The notes beneath the pieces are model-generated. The model was not told the origin of the DNA and did not search any database. It saw nothing but the letters and a program-made list of their open reading frames with translations. From Chiloscyllium plagiosum (lineage: Eukaryota), in assembly GCF_004010195.1 (NCBI RefSeq), contig NC_057720.1:5801086-5865085 (forward strand): a stretch of DNA of 64,000 nt, written 5' to 3'. The first letter of the stretch is position 1, and each line of letters opens with the position of its first letter. A program made the translations under genes and the position numbers. Shown piece after piece: positions 37,975 to 51,023 of the stretch.

Positions 37975-40900
37975 AGAAGGGTGGAGTATTAGTTATTGGG
38001 GACTCCATAGTTAGGGGGATAGATCGGAGATTCTGTACACGGTTGGTGCATTGCCCCCCCAAGTGCCAGGGTCCGTGATGTCTCGGATTGTGTATTTAGG
38101 ATCCTTAAGGGGGAGGGGAGAGCAGCCCCAAGTCGTGGTCCACATAGGCAACGACAACATAGGTAGGAAGAGAGATGGGCATTTAAGACAGAAATTCAGG
38201 GAGCTAGGGTGGAAGCTTAGAGCTAGAACAAACAGAGTTGTTATCTCTGGTTTGTTGCATGTGTCACATGTTAGCAAGGCAAGGAATAGGGAGAGAGAGC
38301 AGTGTGGTTACAGGGATGGTGCAGGAGGGAGGGTTTTGGATTCCTGGATAATTGGGGCTCATTCTGGGGAAGGTGGGACCTGTACAAACAGGATGGTCTT
38401 CACCTGAACCAGAGGGGTACCAACATTCTGGGGGGGACTTTTACTAATGCTCTTTGGGAGGGGTTAAACTAATTCAGCAGGGGAATGGGGACCTGAATTG
38501 TAGCCCCAGTGTCCAGAAGGTTGAGATTAGTGAGGTCAGGAATCAGATTTCAAGGTCGCAAGAATTGAACTGGAAAGCAGGAAGGTGGCTTGAAGTGCGA
38601 CTACTTCAACGCCAGGAGCATCTGGAATAAGGTGGGTGAACTTGCAGCATAGATTGGTACCTCGGACTTCGATGTTGTGGCCATTTCGGAAACATGGATA
38701 GAGCAGGGACTGGAATGGTTGTTGCAGGTTCCGGGATTTAGATGTTTCAGTAAGATTAGGGAAGATGGTAAAAGAGGGGGTGATGTGGCATTGTTAGTCA
38801 AGGACAGTATTATGGTGGCAGAAAGGACGTTTGATGAGAACTTACCTGTGAGGTAGTATGGGCTTAAGATTAGAAATGGGAAAGGAGAGGTCACCCTGTG
38901 GGGAGTTTTCTATAGGCCTCTGAATAGTTTCAGAGATGTAGAGGAAAGGATAGCAAAGATAATTCTGGTTCGGAGCGAGAGTGACAGGGTAGTTGTTACA
39001 GGGATCTTTAACTATCCGAATATTGATTGGAAATGCTATAATTCGAGGACTTTAGATATGTCAGTTTGTGTCCAATGTGTGCAGGAGGGTTTCCTGACAC
39101 AGTATGTAGACAGGCCAACAAGGGACGAGGCCACATTGGATTTAGTGCTGGGTAACCAACCTTGCCAGGTGTTAGACTTGGACGTAGGTGATCACTTTGG
39201 TGATAGTGACCACAATTTGGTTACGTTTACTTTATTGATGGAAAGGGCTAGGTATATACTGCAGTGCAAGAGTTATAGCTGGGGAAAAGGCAATTATGAT
39301 GCGATTCGGCAAGATTTAGAATGCATTGGATGAGGAATGCAATTGCAGGGGATGGGCACAATTGAAATGTGGAGTTTGTTTGAGGAACAGCTACAGCATG
39401 TCCTTGAGAAGTATATATCTGTCAGGCAGTGAGGAAGTGGTCAAGCGAGGGAACCGTGCTTTACTAAAGAAGTTGAATCTCTTGTCCAGAGGAAGAAGGA
39501 GGCTTATATAAAGATGAGACGAGAACGCTCAGTTAGGGCACTTGAGAGTTAGACATTAGTCAGGAAAGACCTGAAGAGAGATGTAAGAAGAGCCAGGAGG
39601 GGACATGAGAAGTCTTCAGCAGGTCGGATCAGGACAAACTTGAAAACTTTTGATACGTATGCCAGGAATAAAAGAAAGACTTGGTTAAGATTAAGGCCAA
39701 ACAAGAACAGTAGTGAGAAGTTGCGTGTGGAGTCTGAAGAGATAGGAGAGGCGCTAAATGAATATTTTTTTGTCAGTTTTCAAGCAGGAAAAATACAATG
39801 TTGTCAAGGAGAATACTGAGGTATAGGCTATTAGACTATTAAGGTTCACAAGGAGAAGGTGTTAGCAATTCTGGAAAGTTTGAAAATAGATAAGTCTCCT
39901 GGCCAAATGGGATTTATCCTAGGATTCTACGGGAACCTAGGGAGGAGATTGCAGAGCCTTTGGCTTTGATCTTTATGTCATCATTGTCGACAAGAGTAGT
40001 GCCAGAAGACTGGAGGATAGCAAATGTTGTCCCCTTGTTCAAGCGGGCAGTAGAGACAACCCCGGTAATTATAGACTAGTTAGCCTTACTTTGGTTGTGG
40101 GTAAAGTTTTGTAAAGGGTTATAAGAGATAGGATTTACAATGATCTAGAGAGGAATAATTTGATTAGTGAGCGCCAACATGGTTTTGTGAAGGGTAGTTC
40201 ATGCCTCACAGACTTTATTGAGATCTTTGAGAAGGTGACTAAACAAGTGAATGAGGGTAAAGCGGTTGATGTGGTGTATATGGATTTCTGTAAGATGTTT
40301 GATAAGGTTCCCCACGGTAGACTGTTGCAGAAAATATGGAGGCATGGGTATGAGGGTGATTTGGCGGTTTGGATCAGAAATTGGCTAGCTCTAAGAAGAC
40401 AGAGGGTGGTGGGATGTACTGCAAGGATCTGTTTTGAGGCAACTGCTGTTTGTCATTTTTATAAATGATCTGGATGAGGGCATAGAAGGATGGATTAGTA
40501 AATTTGCAGATGACACTAAAGTCGGTGGAGTTGTGGACAGTGTGGAAGGATGTTGCAGGTTACAGAGGGACATAGATAAGCTGCAGAGCTGGGCTGAGAG
40601 ATGGCAAATGGAGTTTAATGAGGAAAATGTGAGGTGATTCACTTGGAAGGATTAATAGGAATACAGAGTACTGGGATAATGATAAGGTTCTTGGTAGTAC
40701 AGATGAGCAGCGAGATCTTGGTGTCCATGTGCATAGATCCCTGAAAGTTGTCACCCAGATTGATAGGGTTGTTAGGAAGGCATGCAGTGTGTCAGCTTTT
40801 ATTGGTATAGATTAGATTCCCTACAGTGTGGAAACAGGCCCTTCGGCCCACCAGTCCACACCCACCCTCCGAAGGACAACCCATCCAGACCCATTTCCCT

Positions 40901-41838
40901 TTGAATGATGCACCTAACACTACGGGCAATTTAGCATGGCCAATTCACCTGACCTGCACATCTTTGGACTGTGGTAAGAAACCGGAGCACCCGGAGGAAT
41001 CCCATGCAGGGAGAATGTGCAAACTCCACACAGGCAGTCACCCGAGGTTGGAATCGAACCTGGGACCCTGGTGATGTGAGGCAGCAATGCTAACCACTGA
41101 GTCACTGCGCCGCCCACTTGGATGGTGATGGGTAGTACGAGGAGACAGAGATTAAATTGAGGGGGGATAGATATAGGACAGATGTCAGAGGTAGGTTATT
41201 TAATCAGAGAGTTATAAGGGTACGGAATGCCTTGCCTGTAACAGTAGTAGGGATTGAGTTTTGGAGCCACGAGGTCATGCTGCAGCTGTATAAAACTCTG
41301 GTGTGGCTGCACTTGGAGTATTGTGCACAGTTCTGGTCACCGCATTATAGGAAGGATTGGAAGCATTGGAAAGGGTGCAGAGGAGATTTACCAGGATGTT
41401 GCCTGGGTATGGAGGCAAGGTCTTATGAGGAAAGGCTGAGGGACTTGAGACCATTTTTGTTAGAGAGATGAAGGTTAAGAGGTGACTTAATAGATGCATA
41501 CACGATGATCAGGGGGTTAGATAGGGTGGACAGAGAGGGCCTTTTTCCTCGGATGGTGATGGGTAGTATGAGGAGACATAGATTAAATTGAGGGGTGATA
41601 GACATAGGACAGATGTCAGAGGTAGGTTCTTTAATCAGAGAGTTAGAAGGGCGCAGAATGCCTCACCTGCAACAGTAGTAGACTCGCCAACTTTAAGGGC
41701 ATTTAAATGGTCATTGGGTAAATGTATGAATGATAATGGAATAGTGTAGGAAAGATGGACTTCAGATTGGTTTCACAGGTCGGCACAACATCGAGGGTTG
41801 AAAGGACTGTACTGTGCTGTAATGTTCTATGTTCTATA
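37975..41838 (+). mobile_element. Near-full-length decayed CR1 LINE (SGNH-esterase ORF1 and APE-RT ORF2)
   Basis: IGDSIVRG...QPQVVVHIGNDNIG (esterase); YFNARSI..K..EL...ISETW, LDLVLGN, DSDHN (APE endonuclease); QHGF, YMDF, KFADDTK (RT); TGTTCTA tail; many stops and frameshifts. Confidence 0.93.
40808..41115 (-). mobile_element. HE1-type SINE nested in CR1
   Basis: TAGATTAGATTCCCTACAGTGTGG ... GCGCCGCCC. Confidence 0.92.
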
Positions 41839-42089
41839 TTCTCCTAAGTCTATTGACCTCACTATTTTGAGAGGGAAACACGTTTTAAACATTCTATAAA
41901 ACAACCTTTGTGACCATGTGACCATTTTCAGTTCCTAATCAACAATATGAGGATCTGATTTGCAGATATGACCCAGAGTGGAAAAAACAATGTAGCATCA
42001 CATTATGTTAGATATCTGGTCTGTTGTCGAGTTATTCATAGAGATTGACTGCTGTGCCATTATTGTCATATCAGGGCAACTTCCAAGAT

Positions 42090-43075
42090 AGACTCATACA
42101 ACATGGAACAGACCCATTGGTCCAACTCCTCCATGCTGACCAGACATCCCATTTGCCAGCATTTGGCACAAATCCCTTTAAACCCTTCCTATTCATATAC
42201 ACATCCAGATGCCTTTTAGATATTGTAATTGTACCAGCCTCCACCACTTCCCTTGACAGTTCATCCCATACACGCACCACCTTCTGCATGAAAACTCCCC
42301 AGGGTGCTACCATTACCTCTCAGGTCCTTGTCAAATACTTCCTCTCTCATGTTAAACCTATGCCCTTTCGTTTTGGACACCCCACCCCAGGGAAAAGACT
42401 TTGACTATTCACTTAATCCATGAACTTCATGATTTTATAAACCTCTATAAGGTCACCCCTCAGCCTCCGATGCTCCAGGGAAAACAGCCCTGGCCTATTC
42501 AGCCTCTCCCTATAGCTCAAACCCTCCAGTCCTAGCAACATCCTTGTAAATCTTTTCTGCACCCTCTGAAGTTTAACAATATCCTTCCTAAAGAATGGAG
42601 ACCAGAATTGGACATAGTACAGTCAGTTTAGAAACAGCACTTAAAGTGTTGGTGATGTAATTGCATTACAGGCAACACACGTTTTAAAAGTTGTGCTGTA
42701 GAAATAGCGTCCCCAATATGTCAATCACATTACAGCGAATTCATGTTGACAAAACATGTGTTATAACAGAACAATCTGTATTCTAAATGTGGCCTCACCA
42801 ATGTCTTGTATAGCCGCAACTTGGCGTCCCAATTCCTGTAGGTAAAAACAATGACTGCAGATGCTGGAAACCAGATTCTGGATCAGTGGTGCTGGAAGAA
42901 CACAGCAATTCAGGCAGCATCCTGAACTCAATGTTCTGACCGATGAATGCAAATTTGCCAAACGCCTCCTTCACCATCCTGTCTACACGTGACACCACTT
43001 TCAAGAAACTATACACCTTGGTGTCTTTGTTCAGCAACACTCCCCAGGGTGCTACCATTAACTATAGAAGTTCTA
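42090..43075 (-). mobile_element. CR1 (HER1-like) 3' part carrying three secondary insertions
   Basis: Reverse complement of the HER1 3' region; interrupted at 42294, 42620 and 42841 (the last a PLE-A fragment, 42841-42921). Confidence 0.85.
42620..42778. mobile_element. Tc1/pogo-type non-autonomous DNA transposon remnant
   Basis: TA|CAGTCAGTT...TTATAACAGAACAATCTG|TA; removing it with one TA restores CR1 ...ACATAGTA-TTCTAAATGTGGCC. Confidence 0.65.
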
Positions 43076-43544
43076 TCTTAAGATGATGAAAAAAGAATGA
43101 GACAGACTTGAGGATTTTTGTCTCAAAATTCCTACATTGAGCCTGATGGTTAGGAGTTAAAGTTGTTTTAACGAGAAATTGAATTGTCCCTGCCTCCCTC
43201 AGTAATTAATTTTATTTCATTCATTCACAGGGTTTGGGAACAGTTAACTCAGCAAATATTTATTGCCCATCTCTGATTGCCTTTTGAGCCGCTGTCTTCT
43301 GCTTACTATGGGGTTGAGCCACAATGCCCGCAGGAACAGCAATATACTTCCAAGTCAGGATTGTGAGGGGTTTGGGGGGGGATCTTGCAGCTGATGCCAA
43401 TCCCATTTGTCTGCTGCCCGTGTCAATCTTGTTGGAAGTGCTCGTGGGTTTGGAAGGTGCTATTTAAGGCGACTTGATGATTGGTTTGGAGATGATGGTG
43501 TTGGACTGGGGTGGACAAAGTTAAAAATCACACAACATCAGGTT

Positions 43545-44339
43545 TTGGAGTTTAATGCGGACAAGTGTGAGGTGATTCACTTTGGACGGAGTAACCGGAA
43601 TGCAAAGTACTGGGCTAATGGTAAGATTCTTGGTAGTGTAGATGAGCAGAGAGATCTCGGTGTCCAGGTACACAGATCCTTGAAAGTTGCCACCCAAGTT
43701 GACAGGGTTGTTAAGAAGGCGTACAGTGTTTTAGCTTTCATTAATAGAGGGATCGAGTTCCGGAACCATGAGGTTATGCTACAGCTGTACAAAACTCTGG
43801 TGCGGCCGCACTTGGAGTATTATGTACAGTTCTGGTCTCCACATTATAAGAAGAATGTGGAAGCTTTAGAAATGGTGCAGAGGAGATTTACTAGGATGTT
43901 GCCTGGCATGGAGGGAAGGTCTTACGAAGAAAGGCTGAAGGACTTCAGGCTGTTTTCGTTAGAGAGAAGAAGGTTGAGAGGTGACTTAATAGGGACATAT
44001 AAGATCATCAGAGGGTTAGATAGGGTGGACAGTGAGAGCCTTTTTCCAAGTATGGTGATGGCGAGCACGAGGGGGTATAGCTTTAAATTGAAGGGTGATA
44101 GATATAGGACAGATGTCAGAGGTAGTTTCTCTACTCAGAGAGTAGTAAGGGTATGGAATGCTTTGCCTGCAACGGTAATAGACGCGCCAAGTTTAAGTGC
44201 ATTTAAGTCGTCATTGGACAGGCATATGGACGTACATGGAATAGTGTAGGTTAGATGAGCTTCAGATTGGTATGACAGGTCGGTGCAACATCGAGGGTCG
44301 AAGGGCCTGTACTGCGCTGTAATGTTCTATAATCTATAA
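43545..44339 (+). mobile_element. Young 5'-truncated CR1 with open ORF2 C-terminus, inserted into a PLE-C arm
   Basis: Unbroken EFNADKCEVIHFG...LYKTLVRPHLEY...VWNALP...HGIV* to 44249; host CAGGTT|ATAGTCCAAC is split into 43485-43544 and 44340-44378. Confidence 0.93.
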
Positions 44340-45399
44340 TTATAGTCCAACAGGTTTAATTGGAAGCACTAGCTTTCAGGAATTGGTAGCATTGAGATAT
44401 GTTAATTCTGGGATTGGAATTCCACCGGGGATTTGCACATTGGAGAATGAAACAGATATCTTCTGCTTTATGTTAAAAGATGAATTTCATCCTTACATTG
44501 CTGTTATGTCAGAGTGGTTATTTTCTGTGTCTCTGGGTGTGGCCAGGGCCTCGCGTGAGGTGTCTATAATTTACTGCTGTCTACTCACTCCCAAAGTCAC
44601 TCACAAACCGAAGTTGAAGGACAGGTTATTTTGAGCAGTGAAGTTCTTGGTGTACAGCTGTGGATTCATCGAACTAGAACCCTGGTAAGTTGCTATGCAA
44701 AATTACTTATGGTAATTTACACTGATTCCCAAGGTAATGAAAGAGTGAAGAAAGTCAAGGTGAAGGGAGATATTTTCTCTCTCCTGTTTTGACCTTTCTT
44801 CTCTGCAAAACTGAAACACAGAATTATTACGGAGCAGAAAGAGACCATTTGGCCCAACATGTCTGCACTAGCTCTTCACAGGAGCATTTCACCCAGTGCT
44901 GTTCTCCCACCTTCTCCGTACATTCCTCCTTTTGTAACTAGCCATCTCATTCCCTGTCAGAATCTTCATTGAACCTGCCTTCACCATACTCTCATTTTCC
45001 AAGAGTGGAAAATAGTTTCTCCTGATTTACAGCGTCCAGACTCCTCATGATTTAAGGAGGAGACGGATTTTTAATTAGTAATGGGTTGAATGATGATGGA
45101 GACCAGGCAGGAAATTGGAACTGAGCCTGAGATGATATCAACCATGATGGTATTAAATGGTAGAGAAGGTTTGAGAACTCAGTTGACTAATCCTGCTCCT
45201 GTTTCTTGGGTTCTTCCATCCTCTGGGCCTTCCCTTTTGTCAGGGAGCCATACCCAGCCATCCCCAGTAACTGAAGCTACTGAAGTGAAGAGTGCTCATT
45301 GGCCAACCCATTCTGATAGCTCCATGTGATTTTGAGACTCATTGGCCTTCATCAGGGATAGCTGCAACTCTCTGAGATCCGAATGCCCCAATGCCTCTT

Positions 45400-45880
45400 G
45401 CAGATTCCCAATTTTCAAACGCCATCACTGATGGCCATGCTTTTTATTCACCTATGAGCCTCAAACTCCAGAATTACTCTCCTAAATCTCTCTCATAGAG
45501 TAATAGAGCCATACAGCACGGTAATATGCTCTCGTCCATTCCGACTAAATTTCCTAAACTGTGCTAGTCCCATTTGCCAGCATTTGGCCCATATCCCTCT
45601 GAACCTTTCCTATCCATGTGCCTATCCAGATGTGTTTTAAATCTTGTAATTGTACCAGCTGCTACCACTTCCTCTGGCAGCTCATTCCATACACACACCA
45701 CCCTCTGTGTGAAAACGTTGCGCCTTAGGTCCGAATTAAAGTCTGTCTCTTTGACCAAACCTTTGGTCAACCTTCTGTAATGATCACTTGCGTGTCTCAT
45801 GTTTAATTTTGCTTGATAATGCTACCGGAAAGGGCAGTGGGACATTTTTTCATTGTGCTAAAGGTACTATGTAAATGCAG
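45400..45880 (+). mobile_element. Old L2-like 3' end with a HER1 fragment (minus, about 45494-45732) inserted
   Basis: CTCTTTGACCAAACCTTTGGTCA...GGGACATTTT...AAAGGTACTATGTAAATGCA tail. Confidence 0.55.
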
Positions 45881-46866
45881 TAGCATAGGCGTGGTGTAAA
45901 TCTGTTTAAAAAAGTGTGGGTTGATCTAGATTTAGAGGGATTGTCACTGAGATTGGAATAGACAGGACTGTGTAGGCAGTGACTGGTTCTGATTTGAGAG
46001 TTAGATCTCTCCTTTTATACATTCAGTGAGTTCTGTGGCAGTGATGGATGTGAGGTGTCAGTCGTGTGGAGCTGAATTTTTCTTCCATTTTGCAAACCAA
46101 CATTGCCATCAATCACTCAGGGTCCGTGAGGTTGTTGTCCATAGATCCCTTTAGACCAGTCAGTTGGGGTGTTTTAGCCCCCACCTCAGAACAGCTTACC
46201 ACAAGAATAATCCCTGCCATGTCAATGTAATACTGTCTTTATCTCAGACCTGCCGTCTCAATGTATTGCTCCTTCCAATCCCATGCCAATCGATGTTGAA
46301 CCATAGGCCACTCTGCGGATTTTACCTCCGCGGTGGATCTCCGATTTCTGAAGCTAATTTCTCTTTGAAATGTTCCTCAGGGAAGAGACTTTCACCTCTC
46401 TGTCGTGGCCACTGCTCAGGGGGAAGGGTATCTCTCAAAATAAAACTGTTTTAGAGTTTGGTGCATTTTACTGAGACAGTTCCCACACCATTCCACTCTT
46501 GTGCAACACTCAGGATAACAGAATTAGAGTCATAGAGACATGCAGCATAGAAACAGGCCCTTTGGCCCACTACGTCCATGCTGACCAATCAACACCAAAC
46601 TACACTAATCCCATTTACCAGCACATGGTCCATAGCCTACTATGGCCTGGCAGTTCAAGTGCTGTGCCCTGACTTTTTAATTGCTCAGTTGTTGCATTGC
46701 AGAAGGAGGACATTCAGCCCATTATGCCTGCATCGGTTCTATCTGCTAGTGTCAATCTCCACCCTTTTCCCCATCTCCCCACACACCATTTTTATTCAAA
46801 TAACCATCCAATGCCTCTCTTGAATGCTTCAATTGAACCTGCCTCCAGCACATTTCCAGGTAGTGT

Positions 46867-47079
46867 AAAATCACACAACACCAGGTTATAGTCCAACATT
46901 TTAATTTGGAAACACTAGCTTTCGAGGAGCTGCTTTTTCCTCAGCTGGTTGTGGCCACCTGATGTAGGAGCAGCGCTCTGAAAGCTAGTGCTTCCAAATA
47001 AACCTGTTGGACTATAACCTGGTGTTGTGTGATTTTTAACTTTGTCCACCCTAGTCCAACACTGGCACCTCCAAGTCAT
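46867..47079. mobile_element. PLE family C fold-back mini-element
   Basis: Long inverted arms meeting at GGTTGTGGCC; hammerhead-like CAC-CTGATGT-AGGAGCAGCGCTCT-GAAA-GCTA-GTG at 46956-46990 (one core mutation). Confidence 0.85.
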
Positions 47080-47901
47080 GTGTAAAGTAGATTGCTTTCT
47101 CACATCACTCCAGCTTCCTTTATGCATCTGTACTCTCTTGACTTTTTTTTCCCTTGCTTAAAAGATCAGACAGAGAAACAAAGAGATTGAGAGACTATCC
47201 CCTTGAAGGATCCAAAGACGCGGCTGTGATGATCAAAGGCAGCTAGGTGTATCTGCAAGACGACATTGAAACAGTACTCAGAATCTGACACATTCTCACA
47301 GTCAGGTGAAACTCCTCTCTTTGTGTTTTACTGAAACCTTTACTTTCACTGGTTTAGCAACCTTTGTTAAAATAACAGATGTAGCAACTTCATCCTGACA
47401 TGTTATTGGCTTTGATGGTAATGTCATATGTCACAACTTCAATCCACCAACCTCCCGGTCAGTTATCCCTGCAGGTGAATTTGTACTTTACCCAGTATTT
47501 ACAGGATGGAAATAGGACACTCCATCTGTATTGGGATTTGTGCTCTACAGAAGCCTCCTCCTACTGCCTTCTATTCCTTTCCCCCTCCTACTCGCCCTAG
47601 CTAACCATTTAACACCCCAATGCTTTTCACCACAGCTGCACATTGTGCCAGTGAGTTCCACATTCCCCACTCTCTTTGAAGAAGAAGATCCTCTTGAAAT
47701 TGTCCACTGGATTAATTAGGAGCCAGTTTATTATCTAGGAGCTCCACAACTGGAAAAATCATCCCTTTCAAACCCTTTCATAAATTTCAAAGACCTCTGT
47801 CAGATCACTTCTCTGTCTGTTCTGGTGTAAAGAAGGCTAGTTCAATCTTTCTGGATGGTTGTACTCATTTCTGATAGCATCCTTGTGAACCCAACTCTTT
47901 T

Positions 47902-47983
47902 CAGTCGCCTGAGTCGGGAATTGAACCCGGGTCTACAGGCGCTGTGAGGCAGCAGTGCTAACCACTGGGCCACCGTGCCGCCC
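47902..47983 (-). mobile_element. HE1 SINE 5' (tRNA-like) head only
   Basis: Minus strand GGGCGGCACGGTGGCCCAGTGGTTAGCAC...GGTTCAATTCCCGACTCAGGCGACTG; flanked by a perfect 45-bp direct repeat. Confidence 0.9.
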
Positions 47984-48039
47984 GGTTGTACTCATTTCTG
48001 ATAGCATCCTTGTGAACCCAACTCTTTTGCATCTTTCTG

Positions 48040-48830
48040 CCATTCAGTAGGATCGTGGCTGACCCAAAGTTCCTCACATCCACTTTCCTGCCCTTTCCCC
48101 ATTACCCTTGTTCCCCAGATTGATCAAGAATCTCTCTACCTCCACCTTAAATATACACAAGGTCTCTGCCCCCACAGCTCTCTGTGGCAAGGAATTACAA
48201 AGATTCACAGCCCTCTGAGGGAAGAAATTTCTCCTTATCTCAGTCTTATATTGGTGCCCCTTTCTTCTGAGACTGTGCCCTCTGGTCCCAGACTTTTCTA
48301 GGAGGAGAAACACCCTCTCAGCATTGACCCTGTCAAGCCCATTCAGAATCCGATATGTTCAATGACATCACCTCTCATTCTTCTCGGCTCCAATGAGTAG
48401 AGTCGCAGCTTGTTTAACCTTTGCTCACAATGCAACCCCTTCATCCCAGGGATCATCCTAGTGAACCTTCTCTGACCTGTCTCCAGTAAAATGACATCTT
48501 TCCTTAAATAAGGGACCAGAACTGTTCACAGTTCTCCAGATGTGGTCTCCCCAGAATCTTGTACAGTTGCAATAAAACCTCCCTACTCTTATACTCCAAC
48601 CCATTTGAAATAAGGCCCCACATTCCACTACCCTTCCTGATCACTTGCTACTCCTGTGTGTGAACTTTTTATGTTTAATGCACAAATTCCTCTCTGTAAT
48701 GCAACTTTCTGCAGTTTCTCTCTATTTAAATGATATTCTGTTGTCCCTTCCAAAATGAACAACTTCACATTTTCCTATATTATACTCTGCCAACTTTTTG
48801 CCCACTTACTTAACCCATCAATATCTCGGT
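48040..48830 (-). mobile_element. CR1 3' portion
   Basis: GTRGHSL...RRNFFPQRAVNLCNSLPQRAV. Confidence 0.85.
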
Positions 48831-48969
48831 TTGTTTTGTCTGTAAACACTGCTTTGTTTTAAATTATTCATTCACGGGATGTGGGCTTCACTGGTTGGGC
48901 CAGCAGCTATTGCCCAGAGGGCAGTTAAGAGTCAACCACATTGCTGTGGGTCTGGACTCACATGACTAG

Positions 48970-49335
48970 GCCCAGGGCATCAATGTGGACTTCAACAGTT
49001 TCCTCATTTCCCCTTCCCCCACCTCACCCTAGTTCCAAACTTCCAGCTCAGCACTGTCCCCATGACTTGTCCGGACTTGTCCTACCTGCCTAGCTCCTTT
49101 TCCACCTATCCACTCCACCCTCTCCTCCCTGACCTATCACCTCCATCCCCTCCCCCACTCACCTATTGTACTCTATGCTACTTTCTCCCCACCCCCACCC
49201 TCCTCTAGCTTATCTCTCCACGCTTTAGGCTCTCTGCCTTTATTCCTGTTGAAGGGTTTTTGCCCGAAACGTTGATTTCGCTGCTCCTTGGATGCTGCCG
49301 GAACTGCTGTGCTCTTCTAGCACCACTCATCCAAG
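48970..49335 (+). mobile_element. PLE family A 3' end inserted in a SINE
   Basis: PQGINVDFNSF, C-rich UTR, CTGTTGAAGGGTTTTTGCCCGAAACGTTG. Confidence 0.85.
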
Positions 49336-49525
49336 ACTGCAGATGTCCTTTACTAGAAAGCAGAAGTGAGCCCAATGGGATTTTACAACAAGTGACAATA
49401 TTTTCATGGTCATCATTAATCTTTTAATTCCAGATTTTTATTGAATTCAAATTCTACCATGACAGGATTTGATTTTTGTGTGCCCAGGATATTATCTGAG
49501 CCTCTGGAGTAACAGTCTATCATTA

Positions 49526-49815
49526 GGGTGGCACGGTGGCTCAGTGGTTAACACTGCTGCCTCACAGCACCATGGTCCCAGGTTCGATTCCAGACTCGGG
49601 GGACTGTCTGTGTGGAGTTTGCACGTTCTCCCTGTGTCTGTGTGGGTTTGCTCCTCCCACAGTCCAAAGATGTGCAGGCCCGGTGAATTGGCTATGCTAA
49701 ATTGCCCATAGGCGCATTAGTCAGAGGAAATGGGTCTGGGCGGGTTACTCTTCGGAAGGTCGATGTGGACTGCTTGGGCCGAAGGGCCTGTTTCCATACT
49801 GTAGCTAATCTAATC
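49526..49815 (+). mobile_element. HE1-type SINE
   Basis: HE1 head, core and tail. Confidence 0.9.
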
Positions 49816-50194
49816 ATAACACATGAGGCCATTGTCTCCACTTGCTTGCTGACTATCATTCCTGCCAATCTATCTGCCCAGTTCAGTTTAGCTAACTCTA
49901 TCCCCATTTCATTGTATTTCCCTTTATTTAAGTTAAACACGGTTATTTCCCACCCTAATTTCGAACTCTCAAATTGCATATTAAATTTTATTTTGTTATG
50001 CGTACCACTTCCTTGGGATTCTTTTACTCAGTGGTTATTTATTAAACCTGCCTCATTACCCATTACCAGATCATCTCTGACATCATTTCATCTTTCATTA
50101 ACAGTGCTACTCCACCACCTTTTCCAACCGTTCTGTCTCTCTGAAAGTTCAGGTATTGCTGAATATTAAATTCTCAGTTTTTATCTCCTGGTTG

Positions 50195-50670
50195 TTTTTT
50201 ATTCATTTTGTGGGATGTGGGGTGTCACTGACTGGGCTCAGCATTTATTTCCCGTTCCTAGTTGCCCTTTGATGAGCTGCCTTCCTGAACTGCTGCAGTC
50301 CACCTGCTATGGGTTGACCCACAACGTTATTAGGGAGGGAATTCTAAGATTTAGCCCCAGCGACAGTGAAGGAACGGCGATGTAATTCCAAGGCAGGTTA
50401 CCGAGTGGCTTGGAGGGAAACTTGCAGGTGGTGGTGTTCCCATGTATCTGCTGCCCTTGTCAAGATGGAAGTGGTCGTGTGTTTGAAGGGTACTGTTTGA
50501 GGATCTTCAGTGAACTTCTGCAGGGCATTTTGTAGAGAGCACATACTGCTGCTATTGAGCATTGGTGGTGAAGTGAGTGGATGTTTATGGATGTGGTGCC
50601 AATCAAGTGGGCTGCTTTGTCCTGGATGGTGTCAAGCTTTGTGAGTGTTGTTGGACCTGCACCTGTCCAG
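50195..50670 (-). mobile_element. Zenon-like (CR1-group) LINE 3' end inside an older CR1 endonuclease fragment (about 49815-50960)
   Basis: PTTLTKLDTIQDKAAHLIG; host fragment reads VKALNLNARSIRNEVDEL. Confidence 0.7.
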
Positions 50671-51023
50671 TAACCATGTTTCTGTAATGGTACCTTTAAC
50701 TGCACCAACAATTCATCTACCTCATTCCGAATGCTTCGTGCATTAAGATTCAAGGCCTTCACAGTTTTTCTGTCATTTAGTTTCCCCACACTCTTCCAAT
50801 TCCTTGGTACAATATGACATTTGCATATTCTATCTCTTCTTGTCATTTGGTGGGAAGGACCAGCCCCATCACTAACCTGAAATTCGACCTTCTCCTTTAC
50901 TTTTGATTTTATAATTTTCTATGCAACTGAACTTACCTCCCTGCTATTTAGTTCAAAGCCTGATTGAGCCTTTCTTCATGATGTGATCACTTGCCAGTTG
51001 CAGTCTGTCAATTCAGGGGTAAT

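Noticed and set aside
43407..44249. 280-aa ORF as a host or domesticated gene
   Set aside because: It is the C-terminus of a young 5'-truncated CR1, read in from unrelated repeat fragments through a non-ATG start.
46164..46454. Unique-sequence ORFs and splice-like signals (also 4702-5232, 47165-47246 and 54972-55361)
   Set aside because: No recognisable protein similarity and no consistent exon chain.
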